DNA of 64,000 bases, taken from positions 32,001 through 96,000 of IMG/VR virus record IMGVR_UViG_3300045988_160259; one strand, 5' to 3'. Shown one piece after another: positions 26,474 to 34,606 of this stretch; the stretch's first letter is position 1, and each line of letters starts with the position of its first letter. The stretch is from a virus. The notes beneath the pieces are model-generated. The model was not told the DNA's origin and searched no databases. It saw nothing but the letters and a program-made list of their open reading frames with translations. The translations under genes and the position numbers were made by a program.

Positions 26474-27688
26474 AGCTCGACTAGGCGAGGTTAAACAGCT
26501 GTTAAGCCTAGTGCGTCCCGGTAGTAATACCGGGGGTCAGATACGCTATAGTATCTATATATTATATACGTAACATGTTCTTTGCTACGTTCTGTCTTTC
26601 CAGCGTTATAGCTGGTTTCGACATATGAAATATTCCAAAAAAATTAAATAAATCCCTGATACCCCGTAGAGGAAAGTTAGGCGTTTCTCGAACGGTTTAC
26701 GTCATGGGACGGCATCAAAAGACGCAATTTAAGGCGTCCTGTTTATGCTAGACATACGTCAGATAAACCGACTGACGCAGTTATAAACAGGAAAACTGCC
26801 AATAAAGGAGGTGTGCGTGATGCAAGAACATGAGTAAATCTAGGTTTTGCGGACAAGTCTTTTATTAGGACAAGGAAGCATGTCATACGTTGGATATAGG
26901 CTTTCAGGGGGGACAAACTGGTGGGAGCCAGTCTAGGTGGAGAGGTCAATCAAACTATCTCGGCATAGAATAGTTCGGATAAACCGAAGATGAAGACCGA
27001 AGAAAGTGGTGGTCTTAAGGTCGGCGTATGTATAGGCTAATACAGCTATACGTTCTCATCCTAGTACAAAAATGGCAAGTGATTGACACAACTTGTCATC
27101 ATAAAAGCGTCTCAAGAGACGGTATTCTCAGTCATGATTTAGAGAAATCGTTTCCAGGATAAAGCGTTCTAACGCCAACGAGGTATAGAACGTGGTTGAC
27201 GCGTTTTCAGTATGGCTGAAAGTAATAAAAACTGATGCCCGCTACTGGTAAACAACGAGATCACGGACTAGAAAATAGTGGTATTGACCGTAGAAGCTTG
27301 GATGAAAAATGTGACTTGGATATTTGTCTTGAGAGACGCAGGTAGCACACAAGAGCCGGTGGTGACACCGATACGAAGTGTTTCGTGTGTAGCGTTGATT
27401 GCATCTGTCTGCAATCGTGTGTGAGGTCTGAGCGGTACAATCCCCGACAGTAAATCCTAACTCTAAAGTTCTTTTAAGAACATTGACGGACGTTCTAAAG
27501 TTGATCGAACGTATTGTAATTTAATACGAGTCATCAACAAAACCGTGATTCTCATAATCGGTTTGTGTAAAGAGGTTGAGACAAGTGGAGAACATGCGGC
27601 TGTATCTAGTTTGAGTGACATAAATAGCAGCGTGGCATGGCAGGTACACCGAATAAAGTAGAAAGGTCGGTGTGAGTAAACCCTCCAC
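26474..27688 (+). ncRNA. candidate large structured non-coding RNA / structured 3-prime UTR ending at a hammerhead
   Basis: About 1.2 kb without credible ORF, GC-elevated. Helices include 26517-26534 (GUAA loop), 26738-26791 (9-bp closing stem over nested 6-bp hairpin), 27357-27370 (GUGA loop), 27373-27386, 27397-27416, and long-range 27584-27590 with 27683-27689. Confidence 0.5.
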
Positions 27689-27742
27689 TCCTGTACATAT
27701 GGTATAAGTCCATGTGCTGATGAGACATGAGTCGAAACAGGA
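27689..27742 (+). ncRNA. hammerhead ribozyme, type III topology
   Basis: TCCTGTA / CATATGG-TATAAGT-CCATGTG-CTGATGA-GAC-ATGA-GTC-GAAA-CAGGA: complete CUGAUGA and GAAA cores, UA cleavage dinucleotide, stems I (7 bp), II (3 bp), III (6 bp, open). Confidence 0.85.
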
Positions 27743-27770
27743 TAAATATAATATATTAGGAGGTATTACA

Positions 27771-28025
27771 ATGAGTAATATGAATGAGTTTCTTGCTAAA
27801 AAACGTGCTTTTTATGAGAGCAAGGGTTTTTCGAAAGAAGATGTTAAAAATGCGGTCGAAATCTGGAAGGATTACAAGGAAGATCTCGAACGCATCGAGG
27901 ACGAACTCATAGAAGAAGGGAAACCTGTAAATGGATCTGATTACGAATTACGGCAAGAGGATTCATGGCAATGGTATTCTGGACTTCTTGATGAAATAGA
28001 AGAGAAATATGAGGAGGTTAGATAA
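27771..28025 (+). CDS. hypothetical acidic protein
   Basis: ATG 27771 with AGGAGG at 27758-27763; the first 19 codons of the ORF-track ORF overlie the ribozyme and were trimmed. Confidence 0.7.
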   Translation: MSNMNEFLAKKRAFYESKGFSKEDVKNAVEIWKDYKEDLERIEDELIEEGKPVNGSDYELRQEDSWQWYSGLLDEIEEKYEEVR

Positions 28026-28296
28026 AAAGCGTCAAGAATGATCTGCGGAAACTTGCAGCAATGTATGATTCCAGAATTCAACAACGGAAATACCTGGAAG
28101 ATAACACAATGGAAATCCGTGTATGTAATGTAATCGCATTCGGGCTTCCTACGCAAGTAGAAGTTGCATTCTATTTGTAAAACGAAAACAGCAGAACCGA
28201 AAAGGCGTTTTTGCAAAGGCAAAGCAGGAACGTCTTTTTTGATGCAAAATTTTTCAATTTCACAAGGCAAAATCAAAATATAAGGAGGAACAAACT

Positions 28297-28698
28297 ATGT
28301 TCAAAAAATTAACAGCAACACTTCTCACCCTTACCACCATCTTTTCCGGAATCGCAGCTTACAACACCACCAAAGCAGCAGAACCAGTAAAGGCAGAATC
28401 ACGTCAGAATGCAACGGAAATCACAAGTGAAACTCAGAAGCTCGATTACAGCCAGGAACAGGACTACAGCTACGCAGATTCATTTATTGCTGACGTAGTA
28501 GATTGGAATACTGACGGCGAAGAACTGGCACTTATGACAAGTGACGGCTATGAATTTTACGCCTATAAATCACAGAATGAGTATGACTTTAACAAGGCAT
28601 ACGTGGCCTTGGATGACATCACCGACGTGGAAAAGGCAGAAGGCAAAATCCGTATCTACACAAAAGATGGAACAATCTATCAGGTGTTCGGAGAATAA
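28297..28698 (+). CDS. secreted protein (signal peptide)
   Basis: ORF track; AAGGAGG upstream; MFKKLTATLLTLTTIFSGIAAYNTTKA signal-like N-terminus. Confidence 0.75.
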   Translation: MFKKLTATLLTLTTIFSGIAAYNTTKAAEPVKAESRQNATEITSETQKLDYSQEQDYSYADSFIADVVDWNTDGEELALMTSDGYEFYAYKSQNEYDFNKAYVALDDITDVEKAEGKIRIYTKDGTIYQVFGE

Positions 28699-28741
28699 AA
28701 GAAAAAAGAAACTACACAGAAAAAGCAAAGGAGAAAAAGAA

Positions 28742-28915
28742 ATGAGAGATAAAATTTTAAAAGCAAGTTATATCCTGGCATGGATCGGCGCAATCTGGTT
28801 CCTGCTCAGTTCAGAAAGCAGTCTTTGGTATCTAGTTCCGGGAGCTTTATGTCTTACTTATGCCGTAGCTTTTGGCGAAGCGAACAACGGAAACTGGATC
28901 ATTTCGCAGCACTAA
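28742..28915 (+). CDS. 57-aa two-helix membrane protein
   Basis: ATG 28742 behind AAGGAGA inside ORF-track ORF 28541..28915; two hydrophobic segments. Confidence 0.6.
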   Translation: MRDKILKASYILAWIGAIWFLLSSESSLWYLVPGALCLTYAVAFGEANNGNWIISQH

Positions 28916-28994
28916 GAAGTATAAATGCATAACTTATAATTATGCATAATATATACATAATCAAATATTAAATAAAGAAAGGGAAATTAAAATC

Positions 28995-29489
28995 ATGAGA
29001 AAAGTATTTGAAATCAAAGTGGCAAGTAGTGCAAGCTTTTATTCTTATCTTGCATTATCCGGAATCGACTTCAAAACAAAAGAGAAACCAGACGTAGTAA
29101 TTTTCACTTGCGACATGACCGACACGGAATTTATAGATGCAGTCCAGTATTGCAACAAGCTGGCGGAAGAACGGAAATTCAAAGAGTCTGTACGGAAATA
29201 TAAGAAACTCCATGAGGAATATATTGCTTTGCAGCAGGTAAAGGAAGCATTAGACGATCTGTTCCGTGACATCAGCCGTCAGGCATTTTACGAACAGAAA
29301 GAAGCGGGAAGGGAACTGGCGGAAATTTGTGTAAAAACTATTAAAAAGACAACGCTAGAATTTATCCTTACTAAGAAAGAAATTATTGACATTGTAACAA
29401 AAATCGGATTCGATGCGATGATGAACAATGATCGGTTGACAGAATTTCTTTTTCCTGGTTGGAATGAAAGCTTTTATAAAATCCGGTAA
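28995..29489 (+). CDS. hypothetical protein
   Basis: ORF track; AAAGGGAAA upstream. Confidence 0.7.
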   Translation: MRKVFEIKVASSASFYSYLALSGIDFKTKEKPDVVIFTCDMTDTEFIDAVQYCNKLAEERKFKESVRKYKKLHEEYIALQQVKEALDDLFRDISRQAFYEQKEAGRELAEICVKTIKKTTLEFILTKKEIIDIVTKIGFDAMMNNDRLTEFLFPGWNESFYKIR

Positions 29490-29511
29490 AGCAAACTGTA
29501 TTTTATTTTGG

Positions 29512-29540
29512 TTGACAATATGTGATATATGCCATATAAT
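29512..29540 (+). promoter_or_regulatory. consensus sigma-70-type promoter of the HigB/HigA-like module
   Basis: TTGACA (29512-29517), 17-nt spacer, TATAAT (29535-29540). Confidence 0.7.
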
Positions 29541-29570
29541 AATACTGTAAAAGTACGACGGAGGAATTAT

Positions 29571-29921
29571 ATGGAATTTGATGTAGACCTATACGAAACA
29601 AAGGATAAAAAGAGACCAGTGGAAGAGTTCATCTTATCATTGGATAATAAAATGCAAGCGAAAGTTTTTGGAATGATTCGTTTGCTTGAAGAAAAGGGAA
29701 CTGCGTTAAGGGAACCGTACAGCAAGCCATTGGACGACGGAATTTTCGAGCTTAGAATAAAACAGAGTTCGAATATTACCAGGGTGTTATATTTCTTCTA
29801 TGTTGGAGGGAAAATAATATTGACAAATGGTTTTGTAAAAAAGACTCAGAAGACGCCGCCTTCTGAAATTGAGAAGGCAAAACAGTATAGAAAAGACTAC
29901 TTAGAAAGGCAGGTGAGATAA
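29571..29921 (+). CDS. RelE/HigB-type toxin (phage Gp49-like, DUF891)
   Basis: ATG 29571 behind GGAGG; KRPVEEFILSLD..KVFGMIRLLEEKG..LREPYSKPLDDGIFELR..RVLYFF..ILTNGFVKKTQKTPPSEIEKA. Confidence 0.85.
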   Translation: MEFDVDLYETKDKKRPVEEFILSLDNKMQAKVFGMIRLLEEKGTALREPYSKPLDDGIFELRIKQSSNITRVLYFFYVGGKIILTNGFVKKTQKTPPSEIEKAKQYRKDYLERQVR

Positions 29922-30214
29922 TGGGTAACTTTGATACATTATTAGAAAAGAGATTAGAAGATCCGGATTTCAAAAAAGAATGGGACGAAATTCAGCCAGA
30001 ATTAGATGTGATCCGGGCAATTGTTGATGCAAGAACATCTCAACATTTAACACAAAAAGAATTGGCTGCAAGAACTGGAATTAATCAAGCAGATATTAGC
30101 AAACTTGAAAATGGAACTAGAAATCCTTCATTGAATCTTTTAAAAAGGCTTGCAGCCGGAATGAATATGGAACTTAAAATTGAATTTGTTCCATTACGGA
30201 AAAGCTCCGTATAA
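29921..30214 (+). CDS. XRE-family HTH antitoxin (HigA-like)
   Basis: ORF track; ATGA overlap with toxin stop; LTQKELAARTGINQADISKLENGTRNPSLNLLKRLA. Confidence 0.85.
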   Translation: MGNFDTLLEKRLEDPDFKKEWDEIQPELDVIRAIVDARTSQHLTQKELAARTGINQADISKLENGTRNPSLNLLKRLAAGMNMELKIEFVPLRKSSV

Positions 30215-30255
30215 ATATTCATTATTGATACGGAGGATAATATTTTTAAAGAATG

Positions 30256-30285
30256 CAGCATCTCAGAAATGAGGTGCTGTTTTTA
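30256..30285 (+). terminator. rho-independent terminator
   Basis: CAGCATCTC / GAGGTGCTG hairpin followed by TTTTT. Confidence 0.75.
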
Positions 30286-30369
30286 TATACAGAAAGGAGA
30301 TGATGCACAATCGCAGAACGCAAAATAGAATCATGGTCACTAAACCGCCGTATAGAATCTTTAAGGCAA

Positions 30370-30573
30370 ATGGATCGTAGATTAGCAGAATTAAACATTT
30401 CAAGTCGTGATACGATCTGGAAAGAATATGGCGGAGGACTAAGAGAAAATGAAAATGCAACGCTTGAAAATTGGAAGCGAATTGCCGAAGATGACATACT
30501 ATATGATAATGCTATATATTGTTATATGGTATGTACGCTAGAACCATATACATTATGTGGTTTCGAAAACTGA
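30370..30573 (+). CDS. hypothetical protein (5-prime end uncertain; possible frame break)
   Basis: ORF track; the frame is open back to 30304, but the only SD-linked ATGs (30300/30303) are in another frame. Confidence 0.4.
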   Translation: MDRRLAELNISSRDTIWKEYGGGLRENENATLENWKRIAEDDILYDNAIYCYMVCTLEPYTLCGFEN

Positions 30574-30674
30574 ACACAGAGCATAGAAAAGCAGGTTGAA
30601 ATATACCTGTTATTTTTATGCTCAAAATTAAAGGGAAATTCAAAATAATAAAACATAAAAAGGAGAATAAAATT

Positions 30675-31610
30675 ATGTGTAAGAAATTTAAAGAAGTAAC
30701 AGGAAGAGAAAACAAAGGGAATGTAGGAATGTTAAAAGGTTTACTCAAAGATGCAGTTGATAGAAATGCACCAAACGAGGTTCTCTCAGTTCCGGTTGAT
30801 TTGTTGGAAATTGATCCATCTTATCAGATCGAAGCAAGAACGGACAGAAGTTTAAATTATCTTGTTTCGAATTGGGATGATAACCAGTGTCAGCCGTTAC
30901 AGGGCGTCCCGCACTGGGAAGAAGGCAAAATCTACCTTTTTGATGGTTATGGCAGATGGATTGCTTCACAGATGATTGTAAATCCTAAAGATGACTTACG
31001 GGTTATGGTTGCATTAAATGCACCGCAAGATCCAACGGAAAGAAGAATATACGAAGCTAAAATGTATGCCTTCCAGAATAAATTTGTTGCAAAAATGACA
31101 GCTCCGCAGACACACGGCGCTAGATTAATCATGCATGATAAAGCAACAGAAATTCTTGAGCAGCTCAAAGGTAAGTACGGTTTTGAATTTGTACAGAGTT
31201 CTGGCAATCGCGGTGCATCAGTATTAGGAAGCTACACAGAGGCACTCGATCTTTGCAAGAAGGGAGAAAACGTAGCAGATTATGTTTTTGATATTTGCAA
31301 ACGTGCAGGCTTTGACAGAAAAACAAATGGATACAGTACATATGTGATGAGAGCATTACGAGATGTATATAAACTGTATCCTTATACCAGAACTGAAAAC
31401 GCAGAAGTTCTTGTCAAATATTTAAGAGGTATTGATCCTCTTTTCCTGAAAGCGAATGCAGTTACAAAATATCCGCTGCTTGATTTTAAGATTGCAACCA
31501 GTTTATTCCTGGAAGATATTCTTGTAGAAAAGGCAAAACGGAAACATGTAAGAAAAACAGAAGGCAAACATGTATTTATGATTCAGCCAGAACCTGTACA
31601 GGCAAAATAA
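30675..31610 (+). CDS. ParB/Srx-fold N-terminal domain protein
   Basis: ATG 30675 behind AAGGAGA; VPVDLLEIDPSYQ ... YLFDGYGRWIAS resembles the ParB-N box. Confidence 0.65.
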   Translation: MCKKFKEVTGRENKGNVGMLKGLLKDAVDRNAPNEVLSVPVDLLEIDPSYQIEARTDRSLNYLVSNWDDNQCQPLQGVPHWEEGKIYLFDGYGRWIASQMIVNPKDDLRVMVALNAPQDPTERRIYEAKMYAFQNKFVAKMTAPQTHGARLIMHDKATEILEQLKGKYGFEFVQSSGNRGASVLGSYTEALDLCKKGENVADYVFDICKRAGFDRKTNGYSTYVMRALRDVYKLYPYTRTENAEVLVKYLRGIDPLFLKANAVTKYPLLDFKIATSLFLEDILVEKAKRKHVRKTEGKHVFMIQPEPVQAK

Positions 31611-31614
31611 ATAA

Positions 31615-31665
31615 TACACATCTTACATAATACATAGCAAGCAATACATATACATATTTTACATA
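31615..31665. repeat. cluster of TACATA hexamers downstream of ParB-like gene
   Basis: TACACA at 31615; TACATA at 31624, 31631, 31645, 31651, 31660. Confidence 0.7.
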
Positions 31666-31719
31666 GGGAGTTCGGAATAAGAAAGCACCACCTTATCCCT
31701 CCACATATATATAGGAAGA

Positions 31720-31757
31720 AACACCGTCAGCCTAGCTAACTGATGGTGTTTTCTTTC
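31720..31757 (+). terminator. rho-independent terminator
   Basis: AACACCGTCAG / CTGATGGTGTT hairpin followed by TTCTTTC. Confidence 0.6.
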
Positions 31758-31795
31758 ACTCAAAAAAACACAAACGAGAAAGGAGAATAACGATT

Positions 31796-31885
31796 ATGTC
31801 AATGGATGATTTACGGAATCTGCTTTCGGATGATGAATATGCAGGACTTGAAGAGTATTTGTCCGAAAGCGAAAGTGAAAATTAA
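31796..31885 (+). CDS. 29-aa acidic peptide
   Basis: ATG behind AAAGGAGA; MSMDDLRNLLSDDEYAGLEEYLSESESEN. Confidence 0.45.
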   Translation: MSMDDLRNLLSDDEYAGLEEYLSESESEN

Positions 31886-31972
31886 GTAGTTAGACAGTGC
31901 AGAGAAGGTAAGTTACCTTGTCTGTGCTGATGTGATTATTTGATTCAATCACAAGAAAGAGAGGAAAATAAA

Positions 31973-32374
31973 ATGGAAAAACGACATAATCCAGCTGGCT
32001 TTGATTATGAAATCATTGCCCAAAAGAAAGAGTACGCACTCATCAAAATGGAAAGTACAGAAGAGTACAAGATCGTATCCGACATCTGTGCTGATGGAAG
32101 CTGGGCTTACACTGTCTGCTCATGGATGTATGGAAAATATGGTAGAGAAGAATATCTTATTTTACAGGATGCTCTTGATGCATTTCGGTATAAAACGGAA
32201 AGTGATTACATCCCACGGTCACGGCTGGAAGAGTTAGCAACTCAATGGAAAGACAAAATCATTCAGGATTGCTGGATGACAGAAGAAGAACAGAACGAAT
32301 ACTTCATCGGTGAACAAGATATGGATGATGCAGAATTAGAATTTTTCGGATTATTAAAAGGAGATGATGAATAA
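31973..32374 (+). CDS. hypothetical protein
   Basis: ORF track frame; start moved to ATG 31973 behind GAGAGGAAA. Confidence 0.7.
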   Translation: MEKRHNPAGFDYEIIAQKKEYALIKMESTEEYKIVSDICADGSWAYTVCSWMYGKYGREEYLILQDALDAFRYKTESDYIPRSRLEELATQWKDKIIQDCWMTEEEQNEYFIGEQDMDDAELEFFGLLKGDDE

Positions 32375-32643
32375 TGTCGAGACGACGAAAGCCAAAGGAA
32401 GTTCTGGATTTTGAAAGGGAATATTTATTTCCTAATGGATTCAGAGAAACAAGAGTAAACGGAAGAGATGGTACTGGATCGCATTTGCATTATTTAAACC
32501 GTGCAACTCACAAGAGAATTGAAGTAAATACACGACTGAATAGAGAAGTAAAAGCAAGACTGATTAAAGAGAATAACCTTGTGTCGAATAAAAAAGTGAA
32601 AGGAGCGAAAAGAATTGAGAACGCAACAATGTGCTGTATTTGA
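32374..32643 (+). CDS. hypothetical basic protein
   Basis: ORF track; AAAGGAGA upstream; ATGA-type coupling. Confidence 0.65.
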   Translation: MSRRRKPKEVLDFEREYLFPNGFRETRVNGRDGTGSHLHYLNRATHKRIEVNTRLNREVKARLIKENNLVSNKKVKGAKRIENATMCCI

Positions 32644-32917
32644 TCCAGATCATTACAACATAATTGACATAACCAATTATGAAAAATACCGTCAACACAT
32701 CGAGCAACAGCGCGAAATGGAAATCCAGAAAGCGAAAGCCAAACGCAAAAGAGAACGGCAGCGAAAAAAACTTATAGCACAAAGAATCTTTTGCGTGATG
32801 CTTATGTGCGTTGGGTATCTACTTATTAGATATGCAAGCGATACCTGGCCGTTAGGGGTAACGTTCATTTTATTTGGGCTGCTAGTAATCACAGAAAGGA
32901 AAGCGATTTTATGGTGA
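32615..32917 (+). CDS. hypothetical membrane protein
   Basis: ORF track (TTG behind AAAGGAG); basic coil, then two hydrophobic segments. Confidence 0.55.
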   Translation: MRTQQCAVFDPDHYNIIDITNYEKYRQHIEQQREMEIQKAKAKRKRERQRKKLIAQRIFCVMLMCVGYLLIRYASDTWPLGVTFILFGLLVITERKAILW

Positions 32918-33105
32918 TTTGGATAAAAATCTTTGATCGGTACGAACCCGTACTATATGTACAGAAAGACACTTTGCGGCATATGACCGTCTTGTATGTA
33001 AGAACAAAAAATACAATGGTTGATGTATATATGAGTCTTGACGGTCGATTATTTGCAACAAGAAAATCTGTAAGAGAAGGAGGCAAGGGAATGTGTACAT
33101 TGTAG
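32911..33105 (+). CDS. hypothetical protein
   Basis: ORF track; GAAAGGAAAG upstream. Confidence 0.5.
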   Translation: MVIWIKIFDRYEPVLYVQKDTLRHMTVLYVRTKNTMVDVYMSLDGRLFATRKSVREGGKGMCTL

Positions 33106-33275
33106 CAAGTAATGGTGTAGAAACACAAGCCAGAAAATTAAAATCAACTGTTTCTGTTCCGAAAGCGAAAATGCTAGTAAGAAATTTACAGGATACAGAT
33201 TATCTCGGTTTAGAATACTGGTTGGAAGATGATAATGGGAATAAAATTGAAACGGATGTAATAAAACATGGTTGA
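33093..33275 (+). CDS. hypothetical protein
   Basis: ORF track (GTG behind GGAGG). Confidence 0.5.
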   Translation: MYIVASNGVETQARKLKSTVSVPKAKMLVRNLQDTDYLGLEYWLEDDNGNKIETDVIKHG

Positions 33276-33368
33276 TGTACAAACAGCAACTATTCATAAA
33301 CCAGAAAAAGTTTTTGGTTGTTTCTATGGATTCATCGGATGAAAGAGAAATTTCAGAAAGGGAGAATA

Positions 33369-33596
33369 ATGGTTAAGTTTGATTTTTATGCAATATATGT
33401 TGAAACAAGCGAAAGAAGTGGTGAAGTTGTAGATGTGTTTTCTTCTTTCGAAGAATGCATGGGACATCGGATGGAGCACGCTAATTGGTTCCGTCCGAAG
33501 GGTGACATATGGATTTTACATATCAACAACGGAAAGAACTTTAGACCATCTGAAAAATGGTATGTAAACGCAGATGGCTCAGTTGAAAGCTACTAA
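33369..33596 (+). CDS. hypothetical protein
   Basis: ORF track frame; ATG 33369 behind AGGGAGA. Confidence 0.65.
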   Translation: MVKFDFYAIYVETSERSGEVVDVFSSFEECMGHRMEHANWFRPKGDIWILHINNGKNFRPSEKWYVNADGSVESY

Positions 33597-33613
33597 GATT
33601 GGAGGACTAAATC

Positions 33614-33838
33614 ATGGCAAAAGAATTTATTTACAGCAAGACAAGAGAAATTGGAACTATTGGTAAAAACACAGTAGAAATCGGACATTACACTGTTGAT
33701 GGCAAAGAAATGCCTGATAAGGTATACATGGTCACGAAGTTTTCACGGAAAGATGGAACTGAAAGCACGAAGGCAACTGCGATCTGTAGTGTGGTAGACG
33801 CAAATGAACTTGGCAAGCTGCTGATGAAGGTAAAGTAA
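33614..33838 (+). CDS. hypothetical protein
   Basis: ORF track; GGAGGA upstream. Confidence 0.7.
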   Translation: MAKEFIYSKTREIGTIGKNTVEIGHYTVDGKEMPDKVYMVTKFSRKDGTESTKATAICSVVDANELGKLLMKVK

Positions 33839-33851
33839 GGGGGAATACATA

Positions 33852-34073
33852 ATGGAAAACTGGATTAAGAAAATGAATGAGATGTTCGAAGCAAATGAGT
33901 ATACGGATGATAAGAGAGTGACCGTAGATTATTGTGAAAACGCAAAATGTATTCTTGTCAATGTTTGCGGAAATACGGTTGTTATCAAAGCTCTTGATAG
34001 ATTCAATGACTTCGGTTTAATGATGAAATGTATTGCAACAGTTCGGAATCTTTATGAACCTTATAATGATTAA
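33852..34073 (+). CDS. hypothetical protein
   Basis: ORF track; AGGGGGA upstream. Confidence 0.7.
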   Translation: MENWIKKMNEMFEANEYTDDKRVTVDYCENAKCILVNVCGNTVVIKALDRFNDFGLMMKCIATVRNLYEPYND

Positions 34074-34134
34074 AATACAGTAAGGCAGGTAGAGAATAAT
34101 AATCTATCTGCCTTATTTAATTGGAGAAAAAAAG

Positions 34135-34374
34135 ATGACAAAACGACAGGAAGAAATTATTAAAGATAACTTGCGGTCTTATAAGGCAAACTTCGATTTT
34201 ATTGAAATTGAAGATGCTGATTATGGTAGTGGATTTTATGTTTTTACCAGCGAAGAGAGAGCAAAAAACAGAGATTGGGCGCAGTATTGTTATAACATTG
34301 ATTACTTGAATGGTTGGTTGTACGGATGTGTCCAGGCTGCAAATGGGGTTATGAAGAGAAAACAGGAGATCTAA
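34135..34374 (+). CDS. hypothetical protein
   Basis: ORF track; TGGAGAA upstream. Confidence 0.65.
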   Translation: MTKRQEEIIKDNLRSYKANFDFIEIEDADYGSGFYVFTSEERAKNRDWAQYCYNIDYLNGWLYGCVQAANGVMKRKQEI

Positions 34375-34377
34375 AAA

Positions 34378-34599
34378 ATGGAAAATGTAAGAAGATTTAA
34401 AGGTGAAATGAAAGAAGCATGGGAAGCTGCTGGGTGGCGTGAAAGATTTGCCGTTGATAATGGAAATAAAAACATTGTTTATGTGAATGGTCATAAATGT
34501 TTACGGTTTACATATTCCAGGTACAAAGAATATCAGGATGCAAACGGGGCCATTTATGACACAGTAAAAAACAGTGGATCGGATAGAAAGGCAGGTTGA
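34378..34599 (+). CDS. hypothetical protein
   Basis: ORF track; AGGAGA upstream. Confidence 0.65.
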   Translation: MENVRRFKGEMKEAWEAAGWRERFAVDNGNKNIVYVNGHKCLRFTYSRYKEYQDANGAIYDTVKNSGSDRKAG

Positions 34600-34606
34600 T
34601 ATATAT

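Noticed and set aside
26743-26949. Minus-strand ORF inside the 1.2-kb region
   Set aside because: It is on the opposite strand to all neighbouring genes, has no SD and is Pro/Ser/Leu-rich. It overlaps well-formed plus-strand helices.
26508-27390. Group II (or group I) intron interpretation of the 1.2-kb region
   Set aside because: GTGCG at 26508 resembles a group II 5' end. However, the only AGC-containing GNRA hairpin (27353-27372) has just 5 bp and lacks the bulged 14-bp domain V architecture. The flanking ORFs do not look like exons of a split gene, and there is no intron-encoded protein.
26474-27688. Type III toxin-antitoxin RNA repeats, CRISPR array or retron msr/msd
   Set aside because: There are no tandem repeats of constant unit length, only scattered 9-10-nt direct repeats. 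No adjacent endoribonuclease (ToxN/AbiE-type), cas gene or reverse transcriptase gene is present.
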